NCBI RefSeq assembly: GCF_006345805.1
Contig: NW_021833996.1
Location: forward strand, 1-52,144
Length of the DNA stretch: 52,144 bases
Origin: Octopus sinensis
Lineage: Eukaryota
Direction: 5' to 3'
Positions 49,553 to 52,144 of the stretch are shown one piece after another. The notes beneath the pieces are model-generated. The model was not told the origin of the DNA. It was given only the letters and a program-made list of their open reading frames with translations, and ran no database searches. Each line of letters starts with the position of its first letter. The first letter of the stretch is position 1. The translations under genes and the position numbers were made by a program.

Positions 49553-50650
49553 TATCAGGCTGAGTAAAATGTAAGCAACGTTTTGAAACATGAAATTCGT
49601 CACAATATATTTCAACAATGCCGAAAGTTACAAGTTTGTTTATTCCGGTACCATGAAAATCTGGAGTTCTGGAGCTGATAAACTCTTTGAACGCACTTTC
49701 ACTATCGGTTTGCCTTTTGAACTCCTTCTTTCACAGGAAACCATTAAGGTGCTTGAAAAAGTGGTAGTCGGTAAAAGAAAGGTCTAGGGAATAAGCTGGG
49801 TGGGGAAGAACTTCGTAGCCAAGTTCCCTCATTAGTAAAACGTGTGGTCGAGCATTGTCATGAAGAATGATTGGCTCTCTTCTGTTGACCAGTCTGGGAC
49901 GGAATAGCAGTTTTTCGTTCATTTTGGCAATTCCATGGCAATATGTTTCTGCAGTAATGGTTTTTCTGGGTTTTAAGAAGGTATAGTGGATTTGTCTAGC
50001 AATAAACCACCAAACACTCACCATAACCTTCTTTTTGAAGAGCTCGGATTTAGGGAAGGTTTTCGGTGCTTCATTTTAGTCCAACCACTGCGAAGAAAGA
50101 TTTATTTATTATTGTACAGAATCCACTTTGCATCGCAAGTTACAATACGGTCGAGAAATGGATCGGTCTGGTTATGGAGAAGAAGCGACGAGCAAATTTT
50201 ATATCTGTATTTTATATTCTGTTTTTCATTCAAATCGTGTGGTACCCATTTATCGAGCTTTTTTTGATTTTCCGATCACATGCAAATGGTTGCAGGCAGT
50301 TTTCTGGTTAACTTGAAGTTCTTTTTCTAGTTCTCGAGTGGTTTTACGTGGCTCTTTCTCAATGACGGACTTTAATTGACCGTCATCGATGACTGATGAG
50401 CGTCCAATATGCTCACGATCTTCAAGGCTTAGGTTTCCACTGCGAAATCGTTTAAGCCATTTCCGCGCTGACCACTCACTGGTCATTTCCTTACCAAACG
50501 TTTCGTTGATATCGCGACCAGCTTCAGCTGCATTTCGTCCTTTTTTGAAGTTGAATAGCAAAATTGCGTGAATATCGCGCTTTGACAGTTCCATTTCAGA
50601 TGATTATAAGAACGGTGAAAATAATATCTATGTTAAGTTATCGATACATT
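49553..50650 (-). mobile_element. Mariner (DD34D) transposon, near-complete but frameshifted transposase pseudogene
   Basis: HTH region MELSKRDIHAILLFNFKKGRNAAEA..., WVPHDL, TCDAKW, HDNARPH, HPAYSLDLSFTDYHFF; one putative TIR after TA at 49553, the other not found. Confidence 0.92.
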
Positions 50651-50724
50651 TGGGTAAGTCTATGCCTGCATTATCAGACAATTGCTTTAAAAAATGCTTT
50701 AAAAATATTCAAAACTCTGCAAAA

Positions 50725-50992
50725 ATGCAGGGATGGTGGTGATCCCTGCTGTACTCTTTCACCACAACTTTCTCTCACTCTTACTTCCTGTTTCTGTTGT
50801 ACCTGTATTTCAAAGGGCCGGCCTTGTCACTCTCTGTGTCACGCTGAATATCTCCGAGAACTACATTAAGGGTACACGTGTCTGTGGAATGCTCAGCCAC
50901 TTACACGTTAATTTCACGAGCAGGCTGTTCCGTTGATCGGATCAACCGGAACCCTCGTCGTCGTAACCGACAGAGTGCTTCCATCCATCCAT
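50725..50992 (+). mobile_element. SINE family C-related body with alternative tail, headless
   Basis: GATCCCTGCTGTACTCTTTCACCACAACTTTCTCTCACTC shared with the 41449 copy, then a different tail ending GTCGTAACCGACAGAGTGC. Confidence 0.75.
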
Positions 50993-51913
50993 TGTAATAT
51001 ATTCCATCAACGTTTTTATAGTTAAATATAACATGGTGTGTTCCCTTTTATGAATTTTCTTTGTGTTCATCTAATCTGTAATCATGATTTGTTTCTTGTA
51101 GTATAAGACATGCATGGTATGGATATTTTCCATTGGTGTTCGTCTGTTGTAATAGGGGAGCATGGATTTCTAATTGTACTGTTCTGTGACATAATCTAAA
51201 AGTCGACTGAGTATACACGTTAACTAATGTTTGTTTACACGTAGAATTTATTTATTTAGAGGCACTTAGATAAATATTTAAAAGCTAGTTCAAAAATTCA
51301 CCAACCAGAGAATATCCTCTAAAAAAACTCTTAAGTGTAAAACAAACATCATTCACAACGGCTGCCCATTTCTAAGCCAATGGTAATGATACGAAATCTT
51401 TGATGAAATTAATATTAACAATAACAATGGCCGTTACCGCTGAACTTAATGATTGGGTTATCAGAGATTATTTTGTTATATTGCTGTTTCTTTGATTTTT
51501 TTAAATTTCCACCTGTTTCTCGATCATTTATGAAAGTTGTTTTTTTTTTTTTTTTTTGGCACCCATAAATATTCATTTGAATGTTTTTCATTTCATTCCC
51601 GTCTTCTTACACGGATGATTCAAGGGTGACAAATTTACGTTTGGCTAGAAATTACATTTTGTAACGCATTTGCTTCCTCTGGGACATTACATACGTATAT
51701 ATAAGAGAAATTTCTACAAAAGAGCTGAGAAATGAAACCGCCATGCGAAACAAATGAAGAATTTATAGTATAGGACATGCCAAACTTAACAAATAACGTT
51801 GTCTTGTTGAATCGAGAGACTTTCTATCAGTCTCGTCGACTGGCATATCAAGCCTTCTCTTCCACGTACACTAGCACATGCACTCATAAACACAGACATA
51901 CATACGCATGCAC

Positions 51914-51949
<36 letters not shown>

Positions 51950-52144
51950 TACCTCTCTTGTTTTCTCTTCTCTCCTTGTTCACATGAGACCAATATCTTC
52001 ATTACTTCCCCCACTGAGTTCATTTAACCTTTGCCCTTTGATATCTCTGTTCTTTCGTTTGTCACTTTTAACTTCACTTGTATTATTTCTTTCATTATTT
52101 TTCATATATTTTTATACGTTTTCGTTATTACTTTTCCATATCTT

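Overview
AT-rich, repeat-saturated eukaryotic DNA, most likely cephalopod (Octopus-like). That assignment is inferred from the SINE and microsatellite repertoire, not verified. I found no convincing host protein-coding exon: nearly all long ORFs in the supplied track are translations of microsatellites or decayed transposon fragments. The window holds decayed non-LTR retrotransposons (RTE/RTE-X; restriction-like-endonuclease R4/Dong-type LINEs sitting in (TAA)n and (CATA)n tracts; a Penelope-like RT fragment), DNA transposon remnants (mariner, maT/DD37D-like, pogo/Tigger, a non-autonomous Helitron) and three tRNA-derived SINE families, here called A, B and C. The main non-obvious signal is a set of type I hammerhead ribozyme (HHR) motifs read directly from the sequence, nine motifs at six loci, several carrying core substitutions. 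They include a ~368-nt tandem repeat with one HHR per unit (retrozyme-like, 36848-37625), three Penelope-type terminal repeats folded into inverted repeats around HHR motifs (7441, 38203, 42182), and single HHRs at 1410 and 6621. Most element boundaries are read by eye and approximate; HHR, TSD and Helitron ends were counted exactly. Ribozyme activity is predicted, not shown.
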